From Octopus sinensis (Eukaryota), in contig NC_042998.1 in assembly GCF_006345805.1 (NCBI RefSeq), positions 101,928,001 through 101,992,000 on the forward strand: a stretch of DNA of 64,000 bases, read 5' to 3'. This document shows, piece after piece, positions 24,380 through 36,872 of this stretch. Each line of letters begins with the position of its first letter. Position 1 is the first letter of the stretch. The notes under the pieces are model-generated. The model did no database searches. It had not been told where the DNA came from and worked only from the letters and a program-made list of their open reading frames with translations. The position numbers and the translations under genes were made by a program.

Positions 24380-24720
24380 AGGAAGAAGGGCTGAAAAATC
24401 TATTTATATTATACAACGATAATGTTTTATAGGAGTAATTTCAGAGAAACATTATAATATTGGTATTATTTAAGATATAAATGGGTTATCTTTATTCTTA
24501 TCTGTGTCACTTGTACTTTGTATTACTTTTCCATTGTTATACAAATATAATGAACCAATTGTCTATTATACTTTTTCTTCTCCATTTTCTTTAATTAACT
24601 TTATAATTTATCAGACTCTCTATACATATCTATTGAGGAACCTTCAATGTATTTGATATAGTTATTCGTCATCTGGATTGTTAATAACAATCGCTTACGA
24701 GGAAATTACATCCACAACAT
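24380..24720 (-). pseudogene. Possible very decayed PLE GIY-YIG tail upstream of the HHR at 24021
   Basis: ECCGCN and QSTSDTDKNKDNPFIS*IIPIL resemble PLE C-termini. There are many stops. Confidence 0.35.
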
Positions 24721-24722
24721 TC

Positions 24723-24777
<55 letters not shown>

Positions 24778-25568
24778 ATAAACGCATATATATAAATAAA
24801 ACATACGTTTACATAAATTCTCCTTTAAGGAGATAAGATAACACTGGTGCTTGATATAATAGTAATTGCATGATCACCTCTATCAGCATTTTTACTTAAG
24901 TGAATGACTATTTAATTCCTAAAACCTACCACTAATTCCCTTTTCAATAATTCTCTTTCCCTGCCGGCGGATATGTCTCTTTTAATTTCATTTAATACAC
25001 GAGGTAACTAATCTATCAGATACCGTCTTCCTAATACATACTTGAATACAGTCCTTTTTGAAGGAGAAGAAATGAAACATCTCCAGGGACGAAGTTTCCT
25101 TATCTATGATACCGGCGACGTAATGGAATTAAAACAATAAAACTTTCAAATCTCTAAATTCTTCACGTATATTTGGTTGTCTCTGTAGACTTGCATACTT
25201 ATGCCAAGGGGTAAAGTTAATATTTAATATATAAAGTCCACAATGGTTTTGAAAATTTTTAAATATATAAAATAAGATATTTGTCTCAATAGTGAAGATA
25301 CAGTGCAATGATAAATCAAGTATAAATTGTTAAAATCTCAGCATTTTGATTGGAATATATATGTGCAATATTTCGTGCTATTGTGCGTTTACTTACTACA
25401 ATGTAGAAGTGATATGTCAGAGGTAGTAGGATGGAATTGACCGAATTAATCGTGATGTAAGTGAAATTGTAGGGCCAACACACCTTTTTATGTATGCGTA
25501 TGCGTGTAAGTACGAGTATGTCTGTGCGTATGTTACATTTCTACACATAGATGCTTCTATATATGTGC

Positions 25569-25653
<85 letters not shown>

Positions 25654-25681
25654 TATATATATATAATATATATATATATAT

Positions 25682-25718
<37 letters not shown>

Positions 25719-26029
25719 GCACAGAATTTCGTCAGTGAATATGTCGCGGTCTCAAAGCGAAGAAAATATTTTGGAAAGTTCAATTTCAATGTTGAAGTGA
25801 ATCTAACGGTTTTTGTGTGTTTTAAATGGCTTAGAAACATCTTATACTCTGTAGATATATATAATCAACTGATGAGATCGAAATAATACCAATATAAAAA
25901 AATAGCGCACAAATTATACGAACTTACACGCTGATATCACAGTCGGTAGAGTAAACAGGGTTTATAAAGGAAATCTAAGTGAGCCGATATTGAAAGTGCG
26001 CGCGCGCGCACACACATTTATGTGTTTGT

Positions 26030-26228
26030 ATCTTTGTGTTTGTGTGCATCCCGCACTATCGGTTGACAACCAATGTTGGTGTGTTCATGTCCCCTTAACA
26101 TAGCGATTCGGTAAAAGAGACCGATAGAATAAGTACGAGGCTTAAATAATAAGTCCTGGGGTCGATTTCTTCGACTTAAAATGCATTCAAGGTTGCGCTC
26201 CAGCGTCATATGACTGAAACAAGTAAAC
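26030..26228 (+). mobile_element. SINE family A, 3' half
   Basis: GACAACCAATGTTGGTGTG..GACCGATAGAATAAGTAC..GACTGAAACAAGTAA. Confidence 0.8.
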
Positions 26229-26467
26229 TATATAATTTAATGTTGTTCAGAAGTAACAGAGTGTCTTAAGGTCCGAGAGTTTCGTGCGTTTCACCTCTCA
26301 AACTCCTGCTAAACAACAGTAAAAATATACATATACTCATATTTTGAGTGCTATTTTTGCATTAACATGTTTGCATTAACATACCCACACATACGCACAT
26401 ACATACATACATTACATACATACATACATACATACATACATCATACATACATACATACACTACATAC

Positions 26468-26524
<57 letters not shown>

Positions 26525-26527
<3 letters not shown>

Positions 26528-26672
26528 AGAGTTTACGAAAAATACAAAAGATGAAGACAGGTGGTGTACAAAACAAACAGATGTATTAGTATAACGCTCA
26601 GGAATAGAAAAAGTCTTTTACGTAGAAGAGCCTACGCTCTTCTACAGAAAAGGGACACAGAAAAAACAAGGA
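26525..26672 (-). mobile_element. (TA)n-anchored HHR-family repeat
   Basis: Contains GCGCTCAGGAA/TTCCTGAGCG and GAGC-GTAG-GCTC. Homologous to 35620-35836 and 48000-48142. Confidence 0.8.
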
Positions 26673-26705
26673 AGAATATATATATATACATATATACTTA
26701 CATAC

Positions 26706-26794
<89 letters not shown>

Positions 26795-26806
26795 ATATAT
26801 ATATAT

Positions 26807-26945
26807 GACGAGCTTCATCCATCTCCGTCTGAAATTTACTCACATGGTTTGGTTGACCCAAGACTATAGAAGAAGACACTTGCTGAAGGTGACACACGAT
26901 AGGACTGAACCCCTGTGATGAGAATCAAGCTTCTTGCCATACATG
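26807..26945 (-). mobile_element. SINE family A head, diverged
   Basis: Reverse complement of the head (GAAGACACTTGC..GGACTGAACCC). Confidence 0.65.
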
Positions 26946-28286
26946 CATATAGAGGCATGCTTGCGCAGTATTTTTTAAATTTATGTAAGTTTCAATAAGC
27001 TTCGCGTAACTGTTGAAATTTCGGGAACAAAGTGGAGGATCTATAAATCTATGTTGGGTCTCTAACAGGTTGCATTCCCTGACGGATTGTCACCTATTCC
27101 CGACAAGTGGAACTGAGGTAATGTAAGTTAATAAAACTAATTTCCACTACTCCCAAAATAAGGTCCAAGCTGACAGTTAAAACACGCATATATTTCGAAA
27201 TTTTGTCTATTCAACCTTTTCGTCCCTGTACAATTCAAGAAGTGCGATATTATGTGTGATAATATTGTATTGAACTGTTACAATAAATGGCAATTCTAAG
27301 AAGACCAACTAAGTTTTATAGTTTGATACAATTTGAGCATGAAATCCTAATTAATGTTGTAATTAATTTCAGAGTTAAAACCGTATGTTAAATATAGGAA
27401 AATATGATTTAATTACATTAGCGAAATAAATCAATGAATATCATTAATTGGTTTTTGTCTCAACAAAATTGAATTTGAATATTTCCGAATATATTCCATG
27501 TAAAATAATTTATTCATTGTTCTGCTTGGCTTCAATAATTATCTTTTCTTTCTCCTCACTAAAACTATAAAAAACATGGGATTTTTCAATGAATTCCATA
27601 TGTTCTTTCCAGTAGATAGATGACGCGCGCGCACAGACAAACACGCACATGCGCGCGTGCACACAGACAGACACGCACATACAAACATACACATACACAT
27701 AATCAGTAGCAGAGTCTAATTTCCCATTGTTAAGCACCACCTTTACTGATTATGTATTTCGCTTACACTCGAACTGAACAGACCAGTTTCGTGTTCATCT
27801 ACATAGATTATGACTCCTGACACATATTCACAAGTTTCAACTAATATTCCTGCAATACAGCATTCTGAACTTTTGTATATGATTAACTTTTTAAGATATA
27901 TAAAATACTAAAACCATTGCGTTCTGTTAGGTCGCTTCAATATATGTCATCCACTTAAGGTGTAAATAATTGCCACATGTGTTGTTAAAAGTTTGCTTTT
28001 CTTTTATTCTCTAACTATAAACAAGTTGACTGGTTACCGGAATATTAAGATGATGCATGGGTTGTCTTGTAAAATTTCTATCTTTGATTTTTGCCGGATA
28101 TTTCAAGCACATTCTGCCAATTCGTTTTAAGCATACACATACAGTCATAGCATCAACTACCTTCTAAATTGATGTACGTGAAAGTCTCACTTAGATAGAT
28201 TATGTTAGAACTGCTTACGTACAAGGGCCTCTGACTATTATATATAAGTCCACACACACACACACGCACGCACACTTTATTTCGCG

Positions 28287-28515
28287 TTGCTCCAGTTCAC
28301 TCATCTGTGGAAATGAGTAGCGACGTCACTGGTGCCAAGTTGTATCGGCCTTTGCCTTTCCCTTGGATAACATCGGTAGCGAGAAGAGAGGAGGCTGTAT
28401 TGTAAGAGTGACTGGTGATTTTCCATAAATAAGCCTGCCCGGACATGTACCTCGAAGGGGGACTTTCTACGTGCAATCCCATTGTCATTCATGACCGAAG
28501 GGTGTCTTTACCTTT
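28287..28515 (+). mobile_element. SINE-like interspersed repeat, third family, 3' part
   Basis: A GC-richer block (TTCACTCATCTGTGGAAATGAG..CATTCATGACCGAAGGG) recognised from memory as a cephalopod repeat. There is only one copy in this window. Confidence 0.35.
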
Positions 28516-28566
28516 ATGCATTAATATATCACTTAAGTATTGCAATACTAATAACTCTCTGTATAT

Positions 28567-28614
<48 letters not shown>

Positions 28615-28689
28615 AATAATATTCTCCTCTAGTTCCTAGATGCCTGTAAATTAAAACCAGACTTGCCGTCTACTAATTCTTCTGTATAA

Positions 28690-28890
28690 CTAGAACCCTC
28701 TTTTTTTCTTTTTCTTTTTTCCCTTCTTTCCCTATTTCTTTCTCTTTTCTCTTTTTTCTTTTTCTTCTTCTTATTCTCTTTTTCCTTTTCTCTTCTCTTT
28801 TAGTCCCCTTCCCCCCCTTTTTTGCTCCCTCCTCCTTTATTTTCTCTCTTTTCTTCTATTCCCTTCCCTTTTCTATTCTTTGCCTCTCTA
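28690..28890. repeat. Polypyrimidine (C/T) low-complexity tract
   Basis: Read directly. Confidence 0.9.
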
Positions 28891-31039
28891 GAAAGCCCTT
28901 CAGCCTTTAAAAGTTAAATAGCTACAGCCTCTTGTAAATAGCAGTAATGTGATTAATGTGGCAAATACCTAATCATATAACAAGAATTGATACCTACCTC
29001 ATTGTGTTCAACCATTGATAAATTTATCGCCTGTGAATATGAAATTCCTCTTCATTTCTCTGGAAATTTACATCTACACCACTGGAAATTGTGCATCTAT
29101 ACAAAGGATTAATTCACCCTCTCTGTAATGCTAATAAGCAGGAATTGAGGCCCACCTCGTTGTGATTAACAATGGATAAATTTGTCTTCTGTGAGTATGT
29201 AATCCCTCAACATATCTCTGGAAATTCATATGTGCACTATGGATTAGGTCACCTTCTCTGTGATGCTATTGAAACTTTTTTAAAATTCTGTGATAAGACT
29301 GTACATCATCTTTAAAGAACTTTAATGAACTTTGGAAATCTGTTTATGTTACTTAATTATCTACATTACTTCATGAGTATAGCCTCAACCACTAGGATGT
29401 CTAGAGAACTCACATGTATTTTAGCTGATGAGTACGGGACACGTTTATATGCTGTAATTTTTGCAACTTTTAATAAAGCCTGTCCTTGTATGAAACGATT
29501 GTACTAAAAACCTATCCATTCTTGTTGCTTCTTTCTCGCGTATATATATTATATATATATGTGTGTGTGTGTATATATATTTTAACTAAAAATGAAAAAT
29601 ACACATTAAGTACAGGGCATCAGCAACGAGCGAAAAATAGGTAAACACAAAACGAGAGACAAGTACGGGTCAAAATACAAAAGAAGTCTAACTTCTTCTC
29701 AGTTGTGGACTGTTTATTATTACCTGTTTCGTGCTTTTAACAACAAGACATGAAAACGTCATAAGGCAGCAACATCCAGAAATTAAAAAAATATAAAAAT
29801 TGTGGAGACTTAGGGCTTCGAACAAACAAATGACTCCAGAGTGGACATACAAGTAAACGATCGACGTGAAATTTAGATATGTTTCGAGCAAAGATTAATC
29901 CAGACCATGTCTAACTTAATAGCACCAGCTGATAGGTAGGATTTGTTAAATCCTTTTTAAGTCAGGTTTTAAATAACAGCTGGTAAGTATTACATTGAAA
30001 TTTCCTTAGATGGAAATGTCGAAGGCTGCCTACTTGTGAATTTGGTAATTACCGCTCTTTGTAAACATTAGAGACGTTTTACAACTGTATCAAAGCAATC
30101 CTTAGAATGTCTCGATCCATTTTCTGGGTTTTGTTCTGATCAGCGAAAATCATACGCTGTTTACATCATGAGAATTTTAATATTTCAAGAGACATGAAAT
30201 AAACTATAAATATTGTAAATAATGTGTAAATATTGTGTCAAAAACTGCTTTAATGGTAAAATCGACAGCTGGGCGTGGGACCCGAACTTATATCGCTAAA
30301 TTTAACAGATTTTTGACAGTTAAATAACATTTATTTTATTCTCTCAAGGTAAACAGTATGAAATTTTATCTCACCTTATCCAAATCTTCCTATCCAAAGA
30401 ATTTTTTATTTTGATATTTAATTGCTATTATTGTATCTTCCAATTCGACCACAAAAAACGATAATAGACACACCCACCTACACACACACACAGACACACG
30501 CACACACACCAAACAAATTTAACGGTCAAAAAACCGTGTCGAGAAAACGTCATTTAGAATGCAATGCTAAACTTGTGGATCGATAACCTTTCTTTCCCTC
30601 TTTCAGAATAGATAAATAACTTTCCATTACAGCGCTATGTCATGGCGATATCATAAAGCTTTAGATACAAAATGCTGTTCTGGCATGAAGCTTTCTGAAT
30701 TTAAAGCGTGCCTTCTGGCACAGGGCAAATTGGTTCTACGAGACGTAGCAAAATGTGATTGAGGCGAGGGTAGTTCTCAATCTAAAGACCCAATAATTCG
30801 GCAGAACCCATAGGAAAGAAAGTTATCGGATTTTAAGTCATATTCTTACAATAATATGCTTGATAACAAAATTATCACCACACCCTTCTAATCATAAACA
30901 ATTTGATGCATATCTTTTCATATACCGATGTGCATACATATACATAAATGCAGACACACACTCAAAAATTTATATATATTTATCTTTGTTTCTATATATT
31001 TGTTTTTGTGTGAGTATCTGTTTGTATATCTATCTATAT

Positions 31040-32002
31040 AATCTCTTTCTAACACCGAGATTTCCTTCAGGAGCAAGTCTAACCCTACATAAAATCCTTC
31101 TTTTCCACCATAGATCTCTCCTTTTGTCACTCCCATTATGTTTCTTTTTCTTGACATCAACACTCACGTTTTCTGCAATAAGAATACTTGCTGCTTGATC
31201 AAATTATGTGTTTCTGCGATGTTTGTTCTCATGTATTTCAGAATTTCATTGACACTTTTCCTTTCTTGGTTCAATTTCCCTCGATCAACGTTTCTAAGTT
31301 TGCAAAGAATGTCACTATCGTTCTCCTGTAGTCTTACATTTATTTTGTCGTAGATAGCCTTTTGTTCAGCTGCCATGTCGCCATTAGTTTTATTGTCTTC
31401 TTCTATATCATCTATATGTCTCTCATCAAGTAAACTACCTCTGCTCCTTTCCTGTGATATGAGATTACTCTTATTAATTAGAACTGTATTTTTATTGTTA
31501 TCTCTGCTGCTATTTTCCATGACCCGTCTTTTGATAGCTTCGAGCTCTACGTCTGTGAACCAAATATTTTTCTTGTTGGTCTAGCTTGATCACATAATCT
31601 CTGTTCCGTGAGGTGAAACAATCCGTTTTTCTTTTCAATGATCATACGTACGTTGTCGGTAACCCCTAATTTGAGCACCATTTTAATCTACCGGGCGGCT
31701 CAGATAGTAACACTCCATGACCACAGCATTAATTTGCTTGCTCTATCTACGCCGTGTGTGGTGGTCCCTTTCTGGGTATCTACAGGCTAGAGTCGGATCA
31801 GATTCTCTCACCTGCCAGATGGAATACTGTCACCATTATTGGCTTCAGTTTCATTACCAACGTTATTCACAATATTTTGTTTCTTCATTGTCACTCATAT
31901 AATGTAGCGATTAACAGGTTGTGTAATTACCAGTGTTTGTACTGTGACACCATCACTAGATGTATTATTAATCAGTCCATGGGGAGGCTCCACCCGTTTC
32001 TT
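31040..32002 (-). mobile_element. 5' fragment of a second R4/Dong-type retrotransposon
   Basis: AVVMECYYLSRP, LTEQRLCDQARPTRKNIWFTDVELEAIKRR, KLRNVDRGKLNQE, AASILIAENV and WWKRRI are N-terminal motifs of this clade. The 5' end abuts a trinucleotide tract. Confidence 0.8.
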
Positions 32003-32043
32003 TTCATTATCATTATTATTATCATCACTGATATCACTGATAT

Positions 32044-32084
<41 letters not shown>

Positions 32085-32206
32085 TTATTATTATTATTAT
32101 TATCATTATTATTGTTATTGTTGTTGTTATTGCAGTTGTTGTTTTTGTTGTTATTGTTGTTAGTATTATTATTCTTATCATCATCATCATCATTATTATT
32201 ATTATT
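32003..32206. repeat. Compound trinucleotide tract: (TTA)/(CTA)/(TTG)/(TCA)
   Basis: Read directly. Confidence 0.95.
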
Positions 32207-32502
32207 TACATTATTGTAAACTTGACACTGCTTACGAAAAATCATATATATATATATTCTACAACAAATGAAGTAACGGCGATGAGTGCAAATTCTGTAA
32301 ATAATAAAAATAATTATAGGCTTATAAGCAATCACCTTGTATTGGCTAGAGAGAATAGTCTAAAAGTGGTGTGCATAATTCTCGACGGAACCGACGTTTA
32401 CCTGTCGCGGGCTTATGTACCGCAATATTAGAATATTTTCTTTAGCTAATACACGGTGAAAGCTTATTCTTTTTATTATTATTTACACACACACACACAC
32501 AC

Positions 32503-32567
<65 letters not shown>

Positions 32568-32746
32568 TTTATAATAGGGTTCAGCAAAGATTTGTTTTAC
32601 CGCATACCGAAGTTTAGAAATAGCAGCCAAAGAACCTTATCTATTTCCTCTACTTTAAAAAGAAACTCCCGGAAAAATCAAATTAATCGAAAACAATCCA
32701 CGAAGGCAGATAGGAAAAATAACGAAAATCAATCGATATTAAATTA

Positions 32747-32829
32747 CCCATGTACGCGTTTCAGAATTAGAGCGGTATAAAGAATGTGTAATTTATACTT
32801 TACCCGAACATTTTCTTCATCAGCATGGG
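32747..32829 (-). ncRNA. Type I hammerhead ribozyme, apparently intact
   Basis: CCCATG-CTGATGA-AGAA..TTCT-GAAA-C-GC-G-TA-CATGGG. Stem I is 6 bp, the stem II base is 4 bp, and stem III is the palindrome ACGCGT. Confidence 0.88.
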
Positions 32830-33325
32830 ACTTCACAATATTAAATATTAAAAATATTAAATTGAAGGTACTGGAAGAACTGAACATATCTCTCCAACTA
32901 ACGGTATCAGACAGATCAAATTCAACGTCAGTACTGCTATTTCTAAACTTCGCTATGTGGTAAAGTAAATCTTTGCTGAACCCTATAATAAAGTATTACT
33001 TTAATTTACCGTGAAATGGTCCTTTTTCATGCCGAATTCTACTTGGCGAAATTATTGATTACTAGTTAATTAAATTATTCTACCCTTTGTTATTATTGAT
33101 AATATAATTTTCTCCCTGATAATAAACTACAGATTTTTCCTGTAGTATTTTACTTGACGACCCACGTGGATGGGCAGGGAAAGGTGATGAACTTCATTCG
33201 TATATTTTTTAATTCGGCGGTACTGATGTTGAATTTGATCTGTCTGATACCGTTAGTTGCAGAGATATGTTCAGTTCTTCCAGTGCCTTCGAATTTAATA
33301 TTTTTAATATTTAATATTGTGACGT

Positions 33326-33408
33326 CCCATGCTGATGAAGAAAATGTTCGGGTAAAGTATAAATTACACATTCTTTATACCAATCTAATTCCGAAACGCG
33401 TACATGGG
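33326..33408 (+). ncRNA. Type I hammerhead ribozyme with an intact core
   Basis: Stem I is CCCATG/CATGGG. CTGATGA is at 33332-33338 and GAAA at 33393-33396. Stem III is the palindrome ACGCGT. The triplet is GUA, with cleavage after 33402. There is an A x C pair at the base of stem II. Confidence 0.85.
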
Positions 33409-33757
33409 TAATCCAATATCGATTGATTTTCGTTATTTTTCCTCTCTGCCTTCGTGGATTGTTTTCGATTAATTTGATTTTTCCGGGAGTTTCTTTTTAA
33501 AGTAGAGGAAATAGATAAGGTTCTTTGGCTGCTATTTCTAAACTTCGGTATGTGGCAAGACAAATGTTTGCTGAACCCTATTATAAAGTATTACTTTAAT
33601 TTACCGTGAAATGGTCCTTTTTCATGCCGAATTCTACTTGGTGAAATTATTGATTACTAGTTAACTAATTAATTTTACCCTTTTTTTATTATCGATAAAT
33701 GTATATATATATAATATATATATATGTATGTATGTATGTATATGTATATATACATGT

Positions 33758-33825
<68 letters not shown>

Positions 33826-33827
<2 letters not shown>

Positions 33828-33924
33828 CGGGAAGCTTTATGAAAATAGACAAAACACGAAGGCAGGTGGAAAACAAACGAACAATTGTATTAGTATGGCG
33901 CTCAGGAAATATAATAAAACAAGT
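33826..33924 (-). mobile_element. (TA)n-anchored HHR-family repeat, truncated before the HHR
   Basis: Near-identical reverse complement of 35737-35836. Confidence 0.85.
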
Positions 33925-34689
33925 ATATAAGCAAATAGATACCCGTGTATATACAATTATAAATAAGGGCAAAAGAAAACAATTTCTTTGCCAATAAGCT
34001 GAAGTATAGACGCTAAATAAGATATTTTCACTTGGGCCAAGTCTTACTACGGAATTTCGATTGGGATATATTTGGGACACTTAAACGTATTGATGATTTT
34101 GCATCTGCTTTTCCGTGGGTATTTCATTTATTTTCATTCCGTAGAAAGCCTCGACACAAGTGTAGTCGGTCTGGAAATGCACGCAAGTTGTTATCCACAA
34201 GTAAATTAACTCCCGTTCACTTCGGGACAGGTTAACCACTTGTGTGCGTTTCCTGACCGACTACACTTGCGCTGCGGCTTGCTACGTAATTTCGATTTGG
34301 ATATATTTGTTATTGAATGTATTCGAGACATTGCCTCTGTTTTTCGTGGATATGTCTAAGTATTTCGTATATTTGCATTTTGTGTTCCTCGCTGATGAAG
34401 GAAAAATTCTTTTGGGATTAATCCAGAATTCAGAACCGAATCGGGGTAAATATATTTTTATGAAATTCTGTTACCTTCGCTTCCACGTTTCGGTACGTGG
34501 TGTAACAATACAAGTGAATATATTTTATGTGGTTAGACGATTTAGCGTCTACTTATCAGCATGTTGGCAAAGAAAGTTCTTTCTTTTTGATCTTATTTAT
34601 AATTGCATGTATAATATTCACCTTAAAAGTTATTTTTCATAAGCTGGTCACTGATAAAATTTGTTGATAAGATGATATCCTTGTTTTAA

Positions 34690-34763
<74 letters not shown>

Positions 34764-34771
34764 CTCTCTCC

Positions 34772-34804
<33 letters not shown>

Positions 34805-34859
34805 ATATATGTATTTATGCATATATACATACGTGTATGTACATACTTACAGCTATACG

Positions 34860-35140
34860 TATATCGACCCCTACTTCTTCAGTCCTTCATCCTTTCACCC
34901 CTACTCCCCTTCCCTTCTTCCCTCTTTCTCCCTCCCTCTTCCCCTTCCCTCTGCTCCCTCACTCCCTCTCTCCCCCTCTCCCTCTTTCCTCCTTCATCCC
35001 CCTCCTCCCCTTCCTTCTCCCCATCCTCTCCTCTTCCCCCTTCTCCTCCCCCTCTTCTTCCCCTCCCCTTCTCTCCCCCTCTTCTCCCCCTCCCCCTCTT
35101 CTCCCCCTCCCCCTCTTCTCCCCCTCCCCCTCTTCTCCTC
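34860..35140. repeat. C/T-rich low-complexity tract
   Basis: Read directly. It is the source of the Pro/Ser/Leu and Gly/Glu/Arg ORFs. Confidence 0.9.
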
Positions 35141-35189
35141 ACTACACCACATGACTTTACACATCACATCACATATGATGTGCCATACT

Positions 35190-35429
35190 AATACACACAC
35201 CAACTAATACATACTAATACGTACTAATACATACTAGTACATACTAATACTTACACCAACCCTATACATACACACGTCCAGACCCCGCATACGCACTTAT
35301 ACTCTCTCTCACACACACACACATACCTATACATACCAATACGTACTAATACATACTAATACATACTAATACATACACCAACCCCATACATACGCATGTC
35401 CAGACCAATCTTACGCACTAATACTCTCT

Positions 35430-35466
<37 letters not shown>

Positions 35467-35520
35467 ATACATACTAATACATACACCAACCCTATACATA
35501 CACACATCCAGACCCCTCCC
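35190..35520. repeat. Minisatellite: about 3 units of 110-130 bp with an internal ATACATACTA decamer
   Basis: ACCAACCCTATACATACACAC.TCCAGACC recurs three times. Confidence 0.75.
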
Positions 35521-35619
35521 ACGCACTTTTAGCAGGTCCCTCAACCCGTTTATCAACCCTATTATCTCCCCTTATTTCGCTCTCGCGTCTCATGTTTGAT
35601 CTTTGACCTCTGGCCGAAA

Positions 35620-35834
35620 TCAGATCGCCATGTTGATTCGTTAGCTACTGCACGCATTTTTTTCTCTCCTTCTTTCTGTGTTTTTCTCTCTCTCTGTATC
35701 TTTCTGTTGAAGAGCGTAGGCTCGAAACGTTAAAGACTTGTTTTATTTATATTTCCTGAGCGCCATACTAATACAATTGTTCGTTTGTTTTCCACCTGCC
35801 TTCGTCTTTTGTTTATTTTCATAAAGCTTCCCGT

Positions 35835-35836
<2 letters not shown>
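35620..35836 (+). mobile_element. (TA)n-anchored HHR-family repeat, with the HHR at 35699-35736
   Basis: TCTTT-CTGTTGA-A-GAGC-GTAG-GCTC-GAAA-CG-TT-AAAGA, then TTCCTGAGCGCC..TTCCCGTTA-(TA)n. Confidence 0.85.
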
Positions 35837-35867
<31 letters not shown>

Positions 35868-35892
35868 ATATATATATATATTATATATATAT

Positions 35893-36799
35893 GCATATGT
35901 GTGCACAGGATGTCATGGAACGTGTACAACAAAAAATACGAAGTACGAGTACATGGAATATGAACTATGTTTTCGAACAATCGAAAGACACAAATGGAAA
36001 ACAAGACAAACGACATAAAGAACGACCCTTTATCAGTTGTTAGCTGTTTTTGTACTCTCGTATCTAAAGCATTAACAACAATATACGCTTTCGATAAAAG
36101 AGTTGCTCCCGCAAAATAAATTAGGTAAAACGTGGTATTTTGCGCAGGGTCAAAATTGGTAACCCAAACAGGACAGTGAAAACAAACTGGAAGGGCTGCT
36201 AAGCCTAAACGAGGTTGTTGTGGCGAACGCGTACATCAGGCTTGGACAGGAGACAGACAAGAACACGTCTTCCTTGTTCCAGCTACAACGGAGAGAAATA
36301 AAGAAACCCATGTTAGGAGAAGAAAGAAAGATGACCGATGGTCACGTCGGAGCCAGGTGAGCAAGGGAGGAGGAGTGAGAGTGACAGCGTAATAAGATAG
36401 AATAGTGGGAGAAGAGGACGTAATTGGCTTGAAGAGATTGTTATCAGTCACGGACTGGTTCAGACCAACAAATTCAGGAGTTTTTTGCTCATAAGAACGA
36501 TTAGGGAGAGCTTTCCGAGCTCCTGTACCATCGTAATAACCATTAGACTCATCCAGCTCTTTCCGAATTCTCTTCAGATTGACTCCCAAACCCTCTGAAA
36601 TTGGAGCTTCTGGCGCAAATGCCAAACTGTTCAGTATGTTGTTTCCCAATTTTTGGCAAACAGAATTGAGTCATGTTGCTGTTTTTCACACCTACGGTAC
36701 CCAATTGACCCTACTATACTGTGTATTCGACAAAATACAAAACAAACAATGCGAATGCGTGAAATTCAAAAATATAAGAGGTGGCAATTTACACATCAT

Positions 36800-36872
<73 letters not shown>

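Larger units (their letters stand above)
32566..33700. mobile_element. Non-coding HHR element with inverted plus direct terminal duplication (PLE pLTR-like architecture)
   Basis: 32566-32934 is the reverse complement of 33220-33589. 32936 to about 33100 is a direct copy of 33531 to about 33696 (period 595). (TA)n lies at both ends. Confidence 0.85.

Noticed and set aside
25869-25895. CTGATGA-GATC-GAAA, plus similar partial motifs at about 9579, 27056, 29425 and 39190
   Set aside because: Stems I and III are unsupported, and such partial motifs are expected by chance in 128 kb of double-stranded sequence.
36545-36590. CTGAAGA-GAATTC-GGAAA on the minus strand in the 910 bp unit
   Set aside because: There is no valid NUH triplet and no stem I.
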